A stretch of DNA of 47,957 bases from Candidatus Kryptoniota bacterium (GTDB lineage Bacteria > Bacteroidota > Ignavibacteria > Kryptoniales > JAKASW01), in assembly GCA_049278975.1 (NCBI GenBank), contig JBAPNE010000274.1:1-47957 (forward strand), written 5' to 3'. Positions 37,366-47,360 of the stretch are shown here, one piece after another. The notes beneath the pieces are model-generated. The model ran no database searches, was not told where the DNA came from, and was given only the letters and a program-made list of their open reading frames with translations. How positions within the stretch are numbered: position 1 is the stretch's first letter; each line of letters begins with the position of its first letter. A program made the translations under genes and the position numbers.

Positions 37366-38678
37366 CTATCAGCTCCGACTTTGACATAAGAGCCCCGATA
37401 ATCTAATTGGAACTGGAATTCACGCGCGAGTTCTCCGGTTAATTTCACTCTGTCATAGTCCTGAGAAAATTCATACGGAATCTCCGGCAAATGATTCTTT
37501 TCCCACAGCTCATAATATTCGATTATAGCTTTTTTTATACCATCGACATCATCAGGATTCAAAACATTTCCAGCGCCGCTTTCGAGTATCGTGGTCTTCG
37601 CAATTCCGTCCGGGACGAGTCCGAGAATTGGTTTCCTGCTTCCGATATATTCGTAAAGCTTCCCCGTCGATACCATATCTTCACCTTTTCCGCTACCAAT
37701 CGTCATCCAAAGTACGTCGCTTGTTATTAAATATCTTACGGTCGATTTATGATCTAGATAACCGAAAACCTTTGCAACGCCCGTCAAACCGAGTGCGTCT
37801 ATCATTGCAAGATTTTCTTTTCTAAAAGCGCCGATGAAAACAGCTTCGATTCTGTTTTTCAAATTAGGATGCTCTTTCATAACCTCCGATAACGCACGGA
37901 GAAAATACCTTGGCGTTCTGTTGCGGTAAAAAGTCCCCGCGTAGGTGAACCGCATTCTATCAGAGAACGGCAGCTTAAGCGTGTCCTCGACATGAAAATC
38001 TTCCGGATCGTATCCCTGCGGGATTATTGCGATGTCGTTATAACTTAGGAAACGATACCGTCGAAGCATTAGCTCTTTAATCCTGCGATTTATCGTGACA
38101 ATGCGATTAGAAGTCCTCAAAACTTTTTTCTCAAGTTTCTGATGGAGAATTTTATGCATCGGGGTGATGTAGAAGTGCAGCGGGTTGTCAACCCAAGCAT
38201 CTCGATAATCGAGAACAAGAGGGATGTTAAACTCCTTTGAAAGTGCCGCACCGATAAGGTGGCACGTATATGGTGGTGCGCTTGAAAAAATCACATCGAA
38301 TTCTTCTTCCTGCAAAAGTTTTCTTCCCGCTTTTATCGCTTCGTGTTTCCAACCAACTTTGTTATCCGGGACAAAAACTGCTTGGCTTATCCCGCTCAGA
38401 AAATTTCTTAGCCTCTCGTGCGGCATCTTCACAGGCTTACCGCTTTCAAAAAGTCGAGTCGGGTCAAGCGAATTCGTGCGAACTGTCTTGATGTCATTTT
38501 CACTTACTTCCCGCATCATGCCATAATCGAGAGCGTAGTAGGCCGTCGGCGTAACCGTCAAGATAGTTGGTTCCCAGTCATAATTGCCAAGATATTTCGC
38601 AAACTTAAGAGTTCTTTGAACTCCGCTCATTCCCATGGGTGGAAAATAATAAGCTATGATTAATACTTTATTATCCAT
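37362..38678 (-). CDS. Glycosyltransferase (GT-B fold, group 1/GT4-like)
   Basis: 438 aa. N-terminal VLIIAYYFPPMGMSGVQRTLKFAKYL and a C-terminal GT-B half with LYEYIGSRKPILG. The specific substrate is unknown. Confidence 0.75.
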   Translation of the reverse strand: MDNKVLIIAYYFPPMGMSGVQRTLKFAKYLGNYDWEPTILTVTPTAYYALDYGMMREVSENDIKTVRTNSLDPTRLFESGKPVKMPHERLRNFLSGISQAVFVPDNKVGWKHEAIKAGRKLLQEEEFDVIFSSAPPYTCHLIGAALSKEFNIPLVLDYRDAWVDNPLHFYITPMHKILHQKLEKKVLRTSNRIVTINRRIKELMLRRYRFLSYNDIAIIPQGYDPEDFHVEDTLKLPFSDRMRFTYAGTFYRNRTPRYFLRALSEVMKEHPNLKNRIEAVFIGAFRKENLAMIDALGLTGVAKVFGYLDHKSTVRYLITSDVLWMTIGSGKGEDMVSTGKLYEYIGSRKPILGLVPDGIAKTTILESGAGNVLNPDDVDGIKKAIIEYYELWEKNHLPEIPYEFSQDYDRVKLTGELAREFQFQLDYRGSYVKVGADR

Positions 38679-39789
38679 GAGCGGAAATATAATAGTCCAT
38701 ATCTTTTGAAAAATGTGAAAGCGATTCTACGCCGTTTGTTGTCACCAGGAAATCGTCTTCAATTCTCACGCCGCCGACTCCCGGTAGATAAATTCCCGGC
38801 TCAATCGTTATCACGTTCCCTTCTTCGAGCACATCGTCGCTTGTCTTTGACACCTTTGGCAGTTCATGAATTCTAAGTCCGACACCATGGCCTAGGCCAT
38901 GACCGAAAAACTTGCCGTAACCTTTTTTCTCAATATAATCTCTGGCAGCCTCATCAACTTCCCTCGCATGAACACCTGCACGGGCAGCCTCAATTCCTTT
39001 TCGCTGGGCATCAAAAACCACCTGATAAATTTGAGTGAGCTTTGTTTTAATTCTATTGCCTGTTTGAAATGTTCTCGTAATATCAGAAGCATATCCGTCA
39101 TAGAAGCACCCGAAATCCAACGTTATGAATTCATTTCCTTCAATAACCTTTTCAGACGCAACACCATGCGGCAATGCGCCGCGACTACCACTCGCGGCTA
39201 TTGTGTCAAAAGATTCTTTTGAGGCACCTAGAATTTTCTGGTTGAATTCGATTGTCGCGGATAAATCTACTTCTCTTTTCCCGATCCAATTTTCCTGCAC
39301 AAGCAACTCGAGAGCGCTCCCACTGATCCAACAAGCTTTTTTGATTCTTTCAACTTCCGCATCAGATTTCACCGAGGCAAACGCTTCAATCACTTGCGAA
39401 GTCTTTACCAATTTGCAGTTCGGCAGTCTAGAGCTTGCTTCATCAAAAGCGCCGACCGACAAATTATCTTCCACACCCACTGTTAATTTTCTAACGCTGG
39501 CCCTTTTGAAAAATTTTTTATTCAAAAAGTCGAAGACTTTGCCATTAAAAACAACAACTTCACAACTTATAACCTCATCAGCAGCTTGTGTCTTGTAACG
39601 GAAGTCGGTCAGAAAATAGGCTGAGTCTGGAAATATCAAACAAAATCCGGAAGTCCCACTAAAAGTCGTTAGATAACGAACGTTCGCCAAATCAGCAACA
39701 AAGAAACTATCCAAATGGTTTTTTCGCAAAAGCCCCTGAAGCTTTTTTACAGACTTCAAAGAATGGTTCTGTAGGTCCGTGCCCTTCAT
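38671..39789 (-). CDS. M24 family Xaa-Pro aminopeptidase / dipeptidase
   Basis: 372 aa. Metal-ligand motifs [45 protein letters not shown]. Confidence 0.85.
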   Translation of the reverse strand: MKGTDLQNHSLKSVKKLQGLLRKNHLDSFFVADLANVRYLTTFSGTSGFCLIFPDSAYFLTDFRYKTQAADEVISCEVVVFNGKVFDFLNKKFFKRASVRKLTVGVEDNLSVGAFDEASSRLPNCKLVKTSQVIEAFASVKSDAEVERIKKACWISGSALELLVQENWIGKREVDLSATIEFNQKILGASKESFDTIAASGSRGALPHGVASEKVIEGNEFITLDFGCFYDGYASDITRTFQTGNRIKTKLTQIYQVVFDAQRKGIEAARAGVHAREVDEAARDYIEKKGYGKFFGHGLGHGVGLRIHELPKVSKTSDDVLEEGNVITIEPGIYLPGVGGVRIEDDFLVTTNGVESLSHFSKDMDYYISAHG

Positions 39790-41270
39790 ACGTGATAGTT
39801 CGGTGCCTCTTGAACTATGTCAACATCGTGCGGATGACTTTCACTGAGTCCGGCAGAAGTTATCCTCACAAATCTTCCATTCTTCTTCAACTCATCAATA
39901 GTCTTACAGCCCAAATAACCCATAGCAGCTCGAAGCCCGCCGACCATTTGATAGACAGTATCGCTGATTGGACCACGATATGGCACACGTCCTTCGATCC
40001 CTTCCGGCACAAGTTTTTTTATGTCATCTTCAACATCTTGAAAATACCTGTCGCTGCTTCCGGCTTTCATCGCTTCAAGCGAACCCATTCCGCGATAAGT
40101 TTTGTATGCCCTGCCTTCGTATAGGATTTTCTCGCCCGGGCTTTCTTCGACTCCGGCAAACAGATTGCCAATCATGACGCTGTCCGCGCCGGCAGCAATA
40201 GCTTTCGCGATGTCGCCCGTTTGCTTGATGCCTCCGTCGGCGATAATTGGTACTTTATATTTTGCCGCGGCCGCTGAGCATTCCATGACGGCGGTTATCT
40301 GTGGAATTCCAATCCCCGCAACAATTCGCGTCGTGCAAATACTTCCCGGTCCGATTCCGACTTTCACACCATCAACGCCTGCTTTGATTAGCTCAATTGT
40401 CCCTTCCTTTGTCCCCACATTTCCTGCCACAAGTTGCAATCCAGGAAATTTATTCTTCAACTTTTTGATCATATCGATCACACCGCGAGAATGACCGTGA
40501 GCCGTATCGACGATTACTAAATCTGCTCCTGCCTTGGCGAGCGCTTCGACTCGATCGACAGTTTCTGCCTTTACTCCGACCGCTGCACCAACTCGCAACC
40601 TTCCTCGTTCATCTTTACACGCATTCGGATACTTCTTCTTTTTTTGAATATCTTTGTAAGTGATCAACCCTCGTAATTTGCCCACCGCATCGACAACAGG
40701 AAGTTTTTCTACTTTATGTTTCTGCAAAATCTTTTCCGCATCTTCAAGTGTCGTTCCGACTCTTGCTGTTACGAGGTTTTCTTTTGTCATGTAGTCGCTG
40801 ACTCTGCGATCATGGTGGTCAACAAATCTCAGATCCCTGTTCGTAAGTATTCCCACAAGCATTTCACCATTGACTATCGGAATGCCTGAAATATGATACT
40901 TGTTCATCAACGCAATTGCTTCACTAACAGCATGTCCCGGACCTAGCGTAACAGGATCTGAAATCATTCCACTTTCGGAACGCTTGACATGATCCACTTC
41001 TTCCGCTTGTTTTTCTATTGAAAAATTTTTGTGAACGATTCCAACGCCGCCTTCACGGGCAAGTGCAATGGCAAGTTCACTTTCAGTAACCGTGTCCATG
41101 GCAGCGCTGACTAGCGGGATATTAAGCTGGATCCCTTTTGTCAATTTTGTTCGCACTTCAGTTTCGCGCGGCAACACGGTCGAATAGTTAGGAACTAACA
41201 AAACATCGTCGAAAGTCAAAGCATCGCCAATTATTTTTTTATCAACCTTCATTAATATTTTCTCCGTCAA
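39786..41270 (-). CDS. guaB: IMP dehydrogenase
   Basis: 494 aa. Catalytic loop [11 protein letters not shown], an internal CBS pair, and [11 protein letters not shown]. Confidence 0.95.
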   Translation of the reverse strand: MTEKILMKVDKKIIGDALTFDDVLLVPNYSTVLPRETEVRTKLTKGIQLNIPLVSAAMDTVTESELAIALAREGGVGIVHKNFSIEKQAEEVDHVKRSESGMISDPVTLGPGHAVSEAIALMNKYHISGIPIVNGEMLVGILTNRDLRFVDHHDRRVSDYMTKENLVTARVGTTLEDAEKILQKHKVEKLPVVDAVGKLRGLITYKDIQKKKKYPNACKDERGRLRVGAAVGVKAETVDRVEALAKAGADLVIVDTAHGHSRGVIDMIKKLKNKFPGLQLVAGNVGTKEGTIELIKAGVDGVKVGIGPGSICTTRIVAGIGIPQITAVMECSAAAAKYKVPIIADGGIKQTGDIAKAIAAGADSVMIGNLFAGVEESPGEKILYEGRAYKTYRGMGSLEAMKAGSSDRYFQDVEDDIKKLVPEGIEGRVPYRGPISDTVYQMVGGLRAAMGYLGCKTIDELKKNGRFVRITSAGLSESHPHDVDIVQEAPNYHV

Positions 41271-42430
41271 TTGAACGCATCAAAACCTGTGATGTCACTT
41301 CCAATTATCAAAGTGTGAATATCGTGGGTTCCTTCATAAGTATAAACACTTTCGAGATTCGCCATGTGACGCATCACCGGATATTCATCGAGAATCCCGT
41401 TCGCCCCAAGAATTGTCCTGGCGACTCGAGCAATCTCAAGGGCAAAGTGAACATTATTACGCTTCGCCATCGACACTTGCGAAGGTTTACTTTTGCCTTG
41501 TTCTTTTAATCTTCCTAATTGGAGATTCAGAAGCTGTGCTTTGGTTATTTCAGTTAACATGAAGACTAATTTCTCTTGCGTCAACTGAAAAGCAGCAATA
41601 GCTTTGCCGAATTGGATTCTCGATTTGGCGTAACTCAAAGCCGTGTCGTAACACGCCATGGCGGCACCGACCGCTCCCCACGCGATTCCGTATCGTGCTT
41701 GATCGAGGCACATCAGAGGAGACTTTAGTCCGCCGGATTTCGGCAGAATATTTTCTTCAGGGATTTCACTATCTTGAAAAACGAGTTCACTTGTAACTGA
41801 TGCACGCAGGGAATGTTTTCCTTTCATTACGGGAGCAGAAAAACCCGACGTACCTTTCTCAACAAGGAATCCTCTTATTGTGCCATCAATCTTTGCCCAC
41901 ACGACCGCAACATCGGCAATCGTTCCATTCGTTATCCACATCTTCGCCCCGTTTAAAATATATTTATTCCCCTTTTTTTCGGCGCACGTAATCATACCTC
42001 CGGGATTCGAACCATGATCCGGTTCAGTCAAACCGAAGGAGCCGATGGCCTCGCCTTTGGCGAGACGCGGCAGCCAATATTCCTTTTGTTCGTCCGACCC
42101 AAAAGTGAATATTGGATACATCACCAGGCTGCTTTGCACGGATGCGAAACTTCTTATGCTCGAGTCGCCGCGCTCTAGCTCCTGCATGATCAGTCCGTAT
42201 GCGACACTTCCTAGTTCCGCACCACCATACTTCGCCGGCAAAGTAGAGCCGAGAAGTCCAAGATCGCCCATCTTTCTAACAAGATGGATTGGGTAAGTTC
42301 CCTCCCGATAATGCTTCTCGATGATTGGAATAACCTCTTCCGACACAAAGTCACGCACGGTGTCCCTCGCAAGCCTCTCCTCTGTGGAAAAAAGATTTTC
42401 CGTACTGAAATAGTCAACGCCGCTAAACAT
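41267..42430 (-). CDS. gcdH: Glutaryl-CoA dehydrogenase-like acyl-CoA dehydrogenase
   Basis: 387 aa. [66 protein letters not shown], and C-terminal [18 protein letters not shown] match the GCDH pattern. Confidence 0.8.
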   Translation of the reverse strand: MFSGVDYFSTENLFSTEERLARDTVRDFVSEEVIPIIEKHYREGTYPIHLVRKMGDLGLLGSTLPAKYGGAELGSVAYGLIMQELERGDSSIRSFASVQSSLVMYPIFTFGSDEQKEYWLPRLAKGEAIGSFGLTEPDHGSNPGGMITCAEKKGNKYILNGAKMWITNGTIADVAVVWAKIDGTIRGFLVEKGTSGFSAPVMKGKHSLRASVTSELVFQDSEIPEENILPKSGGLKSPLMCLDQARYGIAWGAVGAAMACYDTALSYAKSRIQFGKAIAAFQLTQEKLVFMLTEITKAQLLNLQLGRLKEQGKSKPSQVSMAKRNNVHFALEIARVARTILGANGILDEYPVMRHMANLESVYTYEGTHDIHTLIIGSDITGFDAFN

Positions 42431-42761
42431 TAGTCCTCAAATTATTACAGGTGTTGAATCTCAGGATGCATGAGAATTGATACCTGTCACTGCAACCTAA
42501 AAATTTGGATAGGAACATTTGCTCATTATTCAAGAATCCGCCATGGAAAAGACTTAATTAGTTGAAATATTAGCGAAGAAACGCCTGAAAATCAAGGAGA
42601 TTACTCGCAATGAACATCGAGACAGGACATTCCGTTATCTTTTGTCAATTCAGATTTGAAACTCATTCTTGATTTCCTTAGCTTTTCAAAACAAAAGAGA
42701 TAGTTGGTTGTTTTTATTTCGTTTAAAATTTTTAGCAGGAAGGAAATAATTAGCAAATAAA

Positions 42762-43532
42762 ATGAATACCTTCGCAGAAAAAACCGTCATTGTAACCGGC
42801 GCTTCGAGCGGCATCGGGAAAGAGACGGCAAGAAAGTTTTCTGAAAATGGCGCGAACATTGTTGCTTTTGCTCGGACTCAAAATCGTCTCGATTCTTTAA
42901 AGGGAGAATGCGCGGACAACCATGGGACAGTTATAACGATCACGGGAGACGTAACAAGGGAAGCGGATCGGCTGAAGCTGATCAAGGCGGCACTTGATAG
43001 TTTCGGCGGAATAGATATTCTTGTAAATGCAGCTGGAATAATTTCCAATGGAACTATCGAAAATACAACCGAGTCGCAATGGGATGAAATGTTCGACATA
43101 AATTTGCGATCGGTTTTTCGAATGATGCAGCTTGCTATGCCGCATCTCATCAAGCAAAAAGGGAACATCGTAAACGTTTCGAGTGTTACAGGAGTGCGCG
43201 CCTTTCCGAATGTACTTGCATATTGTGTAAGCAAAGCAGGAGTCGATCAGTTAACTCACTGTGCAGCACTTGAAATAGCATCAAAAGGAGTAAGAATAAA
43301 CGCGGTTAATCCAGGAGTCGTCGTTACCAATCTTCACAAGGCCGGTGGAATGAATGAGGAGCAATATCAAAATTTTCTTGAACATTCCGGTTCGACACAT
43401 CCTTTGGGAAGAGCGGGCACTCCGGAAGAAATTGCGAATCTCATTTTGTTTCTCGCCTCTGAAAAGGCATCATGGATCACAGGCGCAAGTTATAGCATTG
43501 ATGGAGGACGAGCGCAAACATGTTTCAGATAA
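42762..43532 (+). CDS. Short-chain dehydrogenase/reductase (FabG-like)
   Basis: 256 aa. TGASSGIG, NAAG, catalytic S...YCVSK, PGVVVT. Confidence 0.85.
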   Translation: MNTFAEKTVIVTGASSGIGKETARKFSENGANIVAFARTQNRLDSLKGECADNHGTVITITGDVTREADRLKLIKAALDSFGGIDILVNAAGIISNGTIENTTESQWDEMFDINLRSVFRMMQLAMPHLIKQKGNIVNVSSVTGVRAFPNVLAYCVSKAGVDQLTHCAALEIASKGVRINAVNPGVVVTNLHKAGGMNEEQYQNFLEHSGSTHPLGRAGTPEEIANLILFLASEKASWITGASYSIDGGRAQTCFR

Positions 43533-43607
43533 ATCAATGGGAAAACCCGAAAATAACTTCATTCAAGTTTTGATTTTTGAATCTTGGTTTAAAAAAGGAG
43601 GTGCAGC

Positions 43608-44138
43608 ATGACAGAAGAATTAGATGATGAGCTTCAGGAAATGTACGAAGACCCAAAGCGGCGCGAGAAGACGCTGTCGAACGAGGTACTCAGGCTACCG
43701 ATAAAATCATTGAAACTTCAGGAAGCCATAATGGTTCCTCCTTCAACAACGGTTCAAAAAGCTGTCGAAGAAATGCAGAGACATAAAGTCGGCTGCGTGC
43801 TTCTGGTAACGTCAAAAAAACTAGTCGGTATCTTCACCGAACGGGACTTATTAAACAAAGTGGCTGGTAAAATAAGTGATTTCAGAAGCACTGCGATCTC
43901 TGATTGTTCGACACCCGATCCAGAAAGTTTACAAATAGGAGATTCAATCGGACACGCATTAAATCTTATGCATATTGGGGGTTATAGACATATTCCTATC
44001 GTGAATGAAAAAAATGAACCGACCGGAGTGATTTCAATCAAAGATGCGGTTGCGTTTCTTTCAGAATTTTTTCCAGAGGATGTTCTCAATATCCGATCAA
44101 AAACTTTGAGAATTACTACAGAACGCGAGGGTGCATAA
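43608..44138 (+). CDS. CBS-pair domain protein
   Basis: 176 aa. Strong RBS aaaggagg. Two CBS repeats (VGCVLLVTSKKLVGIFTERDLL and YRHIPIVNEKNEPTGVISIKD) after an acidic N-terminal tail. Confidence 0.8.
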   Translation: MTEELDDELQEMYEDPKRREKTLSNEVLRLPIKSLKLQEAIMVPPSTTVQKAVEEMQRHKVGCVLLVTSKKLVGIFTERDLLNKVAGKISDFRSTAISDCSTPDPESLQIGDSIGHALNLMHIGGYRHIPIVNEKNEPTGVISIKDAVAFLSEFFPEDVLNIRSKTLRITTEREGA

Positions 44139-44141
44139 TTA

Positions 44142-45278
44142 TTACCTTAGCGACCGCCTAAATCTATTCACGCTCAACGAGAGAACGACTGTCCCAATTA
44201 CAAGGAGAGCGAGCGTCTGGGGGATTAGGTCACCGAAGCTGTCACCCTTCAGAAATATTCCCCGCACTATCTCAAGTGCATATCGGATCGGAATTAAATA
44301 AGTTAGATATTGAAAGAGCTTCGGCATATTCTCAATCGGAAAAATGAACCCGGACAAGATCATCATTGGAAACAGTAAAAAGAATTGCGCCGTCATGCTG
44401 GCCTGCTGTTGAGTTTTCGCAATTGAGGAGACAAAAATCCCGAGACCGAGTCCGACGACAACGAATAACACACTAAGGGTAAGCAATGCAGGCAGGCTTC
44501 CTCGCAATGGAACCTTAAAAAAGAAAACAGCTACGACAAGCACAAGAAACACCTGGATGAATCCGGTAATCGTAAACGGAATCATTTTGCCAAGGATAAA
44601 CTCCGAATCGCGGAGCGGTGTGACAACGATCTGCTCGATCGTGCCGGCTTCCTTCTCCTTCACGATTGCCATTGAACTTAAGACGGTCATAACCAACATC
44701 AGAACCATCACGAGAACGGCGGGGATCATGAAATTCAAGCTCTTCAAGTCTTGATTGTACCATGCTCTGGTCTGCGCGGTTATCTGCGGCAGATCGTCAG
44801 GATTTTTTATCAAATTGAACTTTTCCGCACGCTGTACCAGAATATCCCGCGCATAACCCGAAGCAATGGTGCTCGCGTAACTCAAGCCTATTCCACCGGT
44901 GTTGGAGTCCGACCCATCTGCCGCCACAACAAGCTGCGGATTTTTTCCAGCCAACAAATCGCGCCCGAAATTGACAGGAACAATAAGAGCAATTCCCGCT
45001 CTGCTGCTCCGGAAATAGCTGTCTATGTCGTCAGGATTTTGTGTATAGCCTGCAATGTTAAAATATTCCGAGCTAGAATAATGTTCGATCAATTCTCTGC
45101 TCTGTTTACTATTATCCAAGTCGCAAACAACCATCGAAATGTTTTTTATATCCAAGGACGCAGCATATCCGAGAAGAACTAACTGAAGTATCGGAGCCAC
45201 AAAAAGCATTCCGACCATTCTGCGGTCTCTTTTCATCTGGAGAAATTCTTTTCTCGCAACGTGGAACACTCTCTTCAT
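44142..45278 (-). CDS. ABC-2 type transporter permease
   Basis: 378 aa. One N-terminal TM, a large extracytoplasmic loop, then five C-terminal TMs, which is the typical ABC-2 (YbhS/YbhR-like) topology. Confidence 0.8.
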   Translation of the reverse strand: MKRVFHVARKEFLQMKRDRRMVGMLFVAPILQLVLLGYAASLDIKNISMVVCDLDNSKQSRELIEHYSSSEYFNIAGYTQNPDDIDSYFRSSRAGIALIVPVNFGRDLLAGKNPQLVVAADGSDSNTGGIGLSYASTIASGYARDILVQRAEKFNLIKNPDDLPQITAQTRAWYNQDLKSLNFMIPAVLVMVLMLVMTVLSSMAIVKEKEAGTIEQIVVTPLRDSEFILGKMIPFTITGFIQVFLVLVVAVFFFKVPLRGSLPALLTLSVLFVVVGLGLGIFVSSIAKTQQQASMTAQFFLLFPMMILSGFIFPIENMPKLFQYLTYLIPIRYALEIVRGIFLKGDSFGDLIPQTLALLVIGTVVLSLSVNRFRRSLR

Positions 45279-45279
45279 G

Positions 45280-46440
45280 TCAAACGCCTTTCGCAGTCAT
45301 GCGTCTCGACGTGACTATTAGCACGACGACGAAAATAAACACTAGTGGAACAATCTGGTCCCATATGTCGAGAATACTGGCGCCTTTTAAAAGGATCGCT
45401 CTCAACGATGCGATAAAATATCTGCCGGGAAAAATATATGTTACAAATCGAAGCCAGACCGGCATACTGCTTATCGGAAAAATGAAGCCGGAGAGGACCA
45501 TGTTTGGCAAGAACCCCACTACCGACGCAGCCAAATAAGCTTGCGCCTGAGTGGCTGTAGCTGTCGATATAAGAATTCCTATACCAAGACCCGCAATCAA
45601 GAAAAGGATAATCACTAATGCCAGCAGGATTATGCTCCCTCTTACAGGAATGCCAAACAGGATGACTCCTGCAACGATGATCAGGACGGTAGCTCCGAAA
45701 GAGAGCATAAAATATAGGAGCGTTTTCCCGAGTATTACTTCTAACGGTCCGACAGGGGCAAGTAGGATGTGCTCCATGGTGCCGCGTTCCTTCTCGCGCA
45801 CGATGGAAATTGCGGGAATCAATATTGTCAGCACCATCAGAATAAACGCCACTAAACCGGGAACAAGGTACTTCATGCTCTCCAAGGCAGGATTGTAATA
45901 GACCCTCGGTCTAAAATCTATCGCTCCCGTCGATATTGTGAAGCCCTTCTGATTCATGTAGTTCGCAGTTAAATTTTGGGAATAATTCTGGATTATTCCT
46001 TCAACATAACCCATTATGATGGTGGCATTGTTCGAATTTGTTCCATCGATCACGATCTGAATCTTAGCGCTCTTGCCAAGCAGGATGTCTTTCGCGTAGT
46101 CGCGGGGAATGACCATCACTGCTGTCGCCTTGCCATCCTGGATATATTTGTCCACCGCAGGTTCCTCAGGCACATTTCCGGCAAAATCAAAATATTCCGT
46201 GCTGAAAAACTTCTGAGTCAATTCCCGACTTTCTTTAGTATGTGATTCATCAAGCAGCCCCAACCTCACGTGCTTCACGTCAAAATTGAGCGCGTATCCG
46301 TAGAGCAAGAGCATCAACACTGGCGTGAAAATGATTGCTGTCAAAGTCAGCTTGTCGCGTTTGAGTTGACGAAATTCTTTTATGTAAATTGTCAGAATAT
46401 TTTCAAACACTCTATGATCTTCCGCTTCCCCTATTCGCAT
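45280..46440 (-). CDS. ABC-2 type transporter permease (paralogue of 44142..45278)
   Basis: 386 aa with the same topology. 1-nt gap to the downstream permease gene. Confidence 0.8.
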   Translation of the reverse strand: MRIGEAEDHRVFENILTIYIKEFRQLKRDKLTLTAIIFTPVLMLLLYGYALNFDVKHVRLGLLDESHTKESRELTQKFFSTEYFDFAGNVPEEPAVDKYIQDGKATAVMVIPRDYAKDILLGKSAKIQIVIDGTNSNNATIIMGYVEGIIQNYSQNLTANYMNQKGFTISTGAIDFRPRVYYNPALESMKYLVPGLVAFILMVLTILIPAISIVREKERGTMEHILLAPVGPLEVILGKTLLYFMLSFGATVLIIVAGVILFGIPVRGSIILLALVIILFLIAGLGIGILISTATATQAQAYLAASVVGFLPNMVLSGFIFPISSMPVWLRFVTYIFPGRYFIASLRAILLKGASILDIWDQIVPLVFIFVVVLIVTSRRMTAKGV

Positions 46441-47341
46441 TTATAAAGATATCTTCGAGAGTCGGTGCAGCTTTCTTGATAGAGAACTTCTCAATTCGGT
46501 TTTCTTTCAAGACGTGTTCAAGAGCTGCAACCGGATCATCTATCTGCACAAATACGTGGACGTTCCCTCCGAGGATTGCAGCTTCAGTTACCCATTGTTC
46601 GGACTCTAGTAAATTAAAAACCTTCATTGAACTTTGCGTTTCTATTTCGAACAACGGCAAGTCAGCAAATTCCCTTCGAATCCCTTCCGGGGAGCCACTC
46701 ACCACTATCTTTCCAAAATGCATCATGATAATATTTTCACAAAACTCAGCTTCCTCAAGATGATGAGTAGTAACGATAATGGTTGCACCTTCCTGCGCAA
46801 GTTTTCCTATTAACTCCCAAAACTTGTCGCGAATTACCGGATCAACTCCACTCGTCGGCTCGTCAAGAAACACGACCTTCGGTCGGTGCAAGACCGCGCA
46901 TCCGAGCGCAAGTCTTTGGCGCCAACCTAACGGCAGATCAGCCGTCAGAATATTTTCCCTCCCAACTAAATCGGCAACCCCAATGACCCAATCCATCCTT
47001 TCCTTCAGTTCGCTATTGCCGAGTCCATAGACACCGCCGTAAAATTCAATGTTCTCTTTGACTGTAAGGTCGTGGTACAGTGAAAATTTTTGCGACATAT
47101 ACCCTATGCTTTGCCGGACTTGTTCAGGATGATTTGCAACATCGAAACCTGCAACCATGGCCTCACCGGACGTCGGCTTCGTCAAGCCGCAAAGCATTTT
47201 GATAGTCGTAGTTTTCCCGGCCCCATTGGCGCCGATGAATCCGACAACCTTACCCTCTTCAACTTCAAACGAAATCGAATCGACCGCAGTGAAGCTTCCG
47301 AATTTTTTCGTAAGGTTTGCAGCTTTTATTGCCAGTGTCAT
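46412..47341 (-). CDS. ABC transporter ATP-binding protein
   Basis: 309 aa. Walker A GANGAGKTT, signature LPLGWRQRLALG, Walker B VVFLDEPTSGVD, H-loop TTHHLEE. Confidence 0.9.
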   Translation of the reverse strand: MTLAIKAANLTKKFGSFTAVDSISFEVEEGKVVGFIGANGAGKTTTIKMLCGLTKPTSGEAMVAGFDVANHPEQVRQSIGYMSQKFSLYHDLTVKENIEFYGGVYGLGNSELKERMDWVIGVADLVGRENILTADLPLGWRQRLALGCAVLHRPKVVFLDEPTSGVDPVIRDKFWELIGKLAQEGATIIVTTHHLEEAEFCENIIMMHFGKIVVSGSPEGIRREFADLPLFEIETQSSMKVFNLLESEQWVTEAAILGGNVHVFVQIDDPVAALEHVLKENRIEKFSIKKAAPTLEDIFINANRGSGRS

Positions 47342-47360
47342 TATGATTCACAATCTGCGA

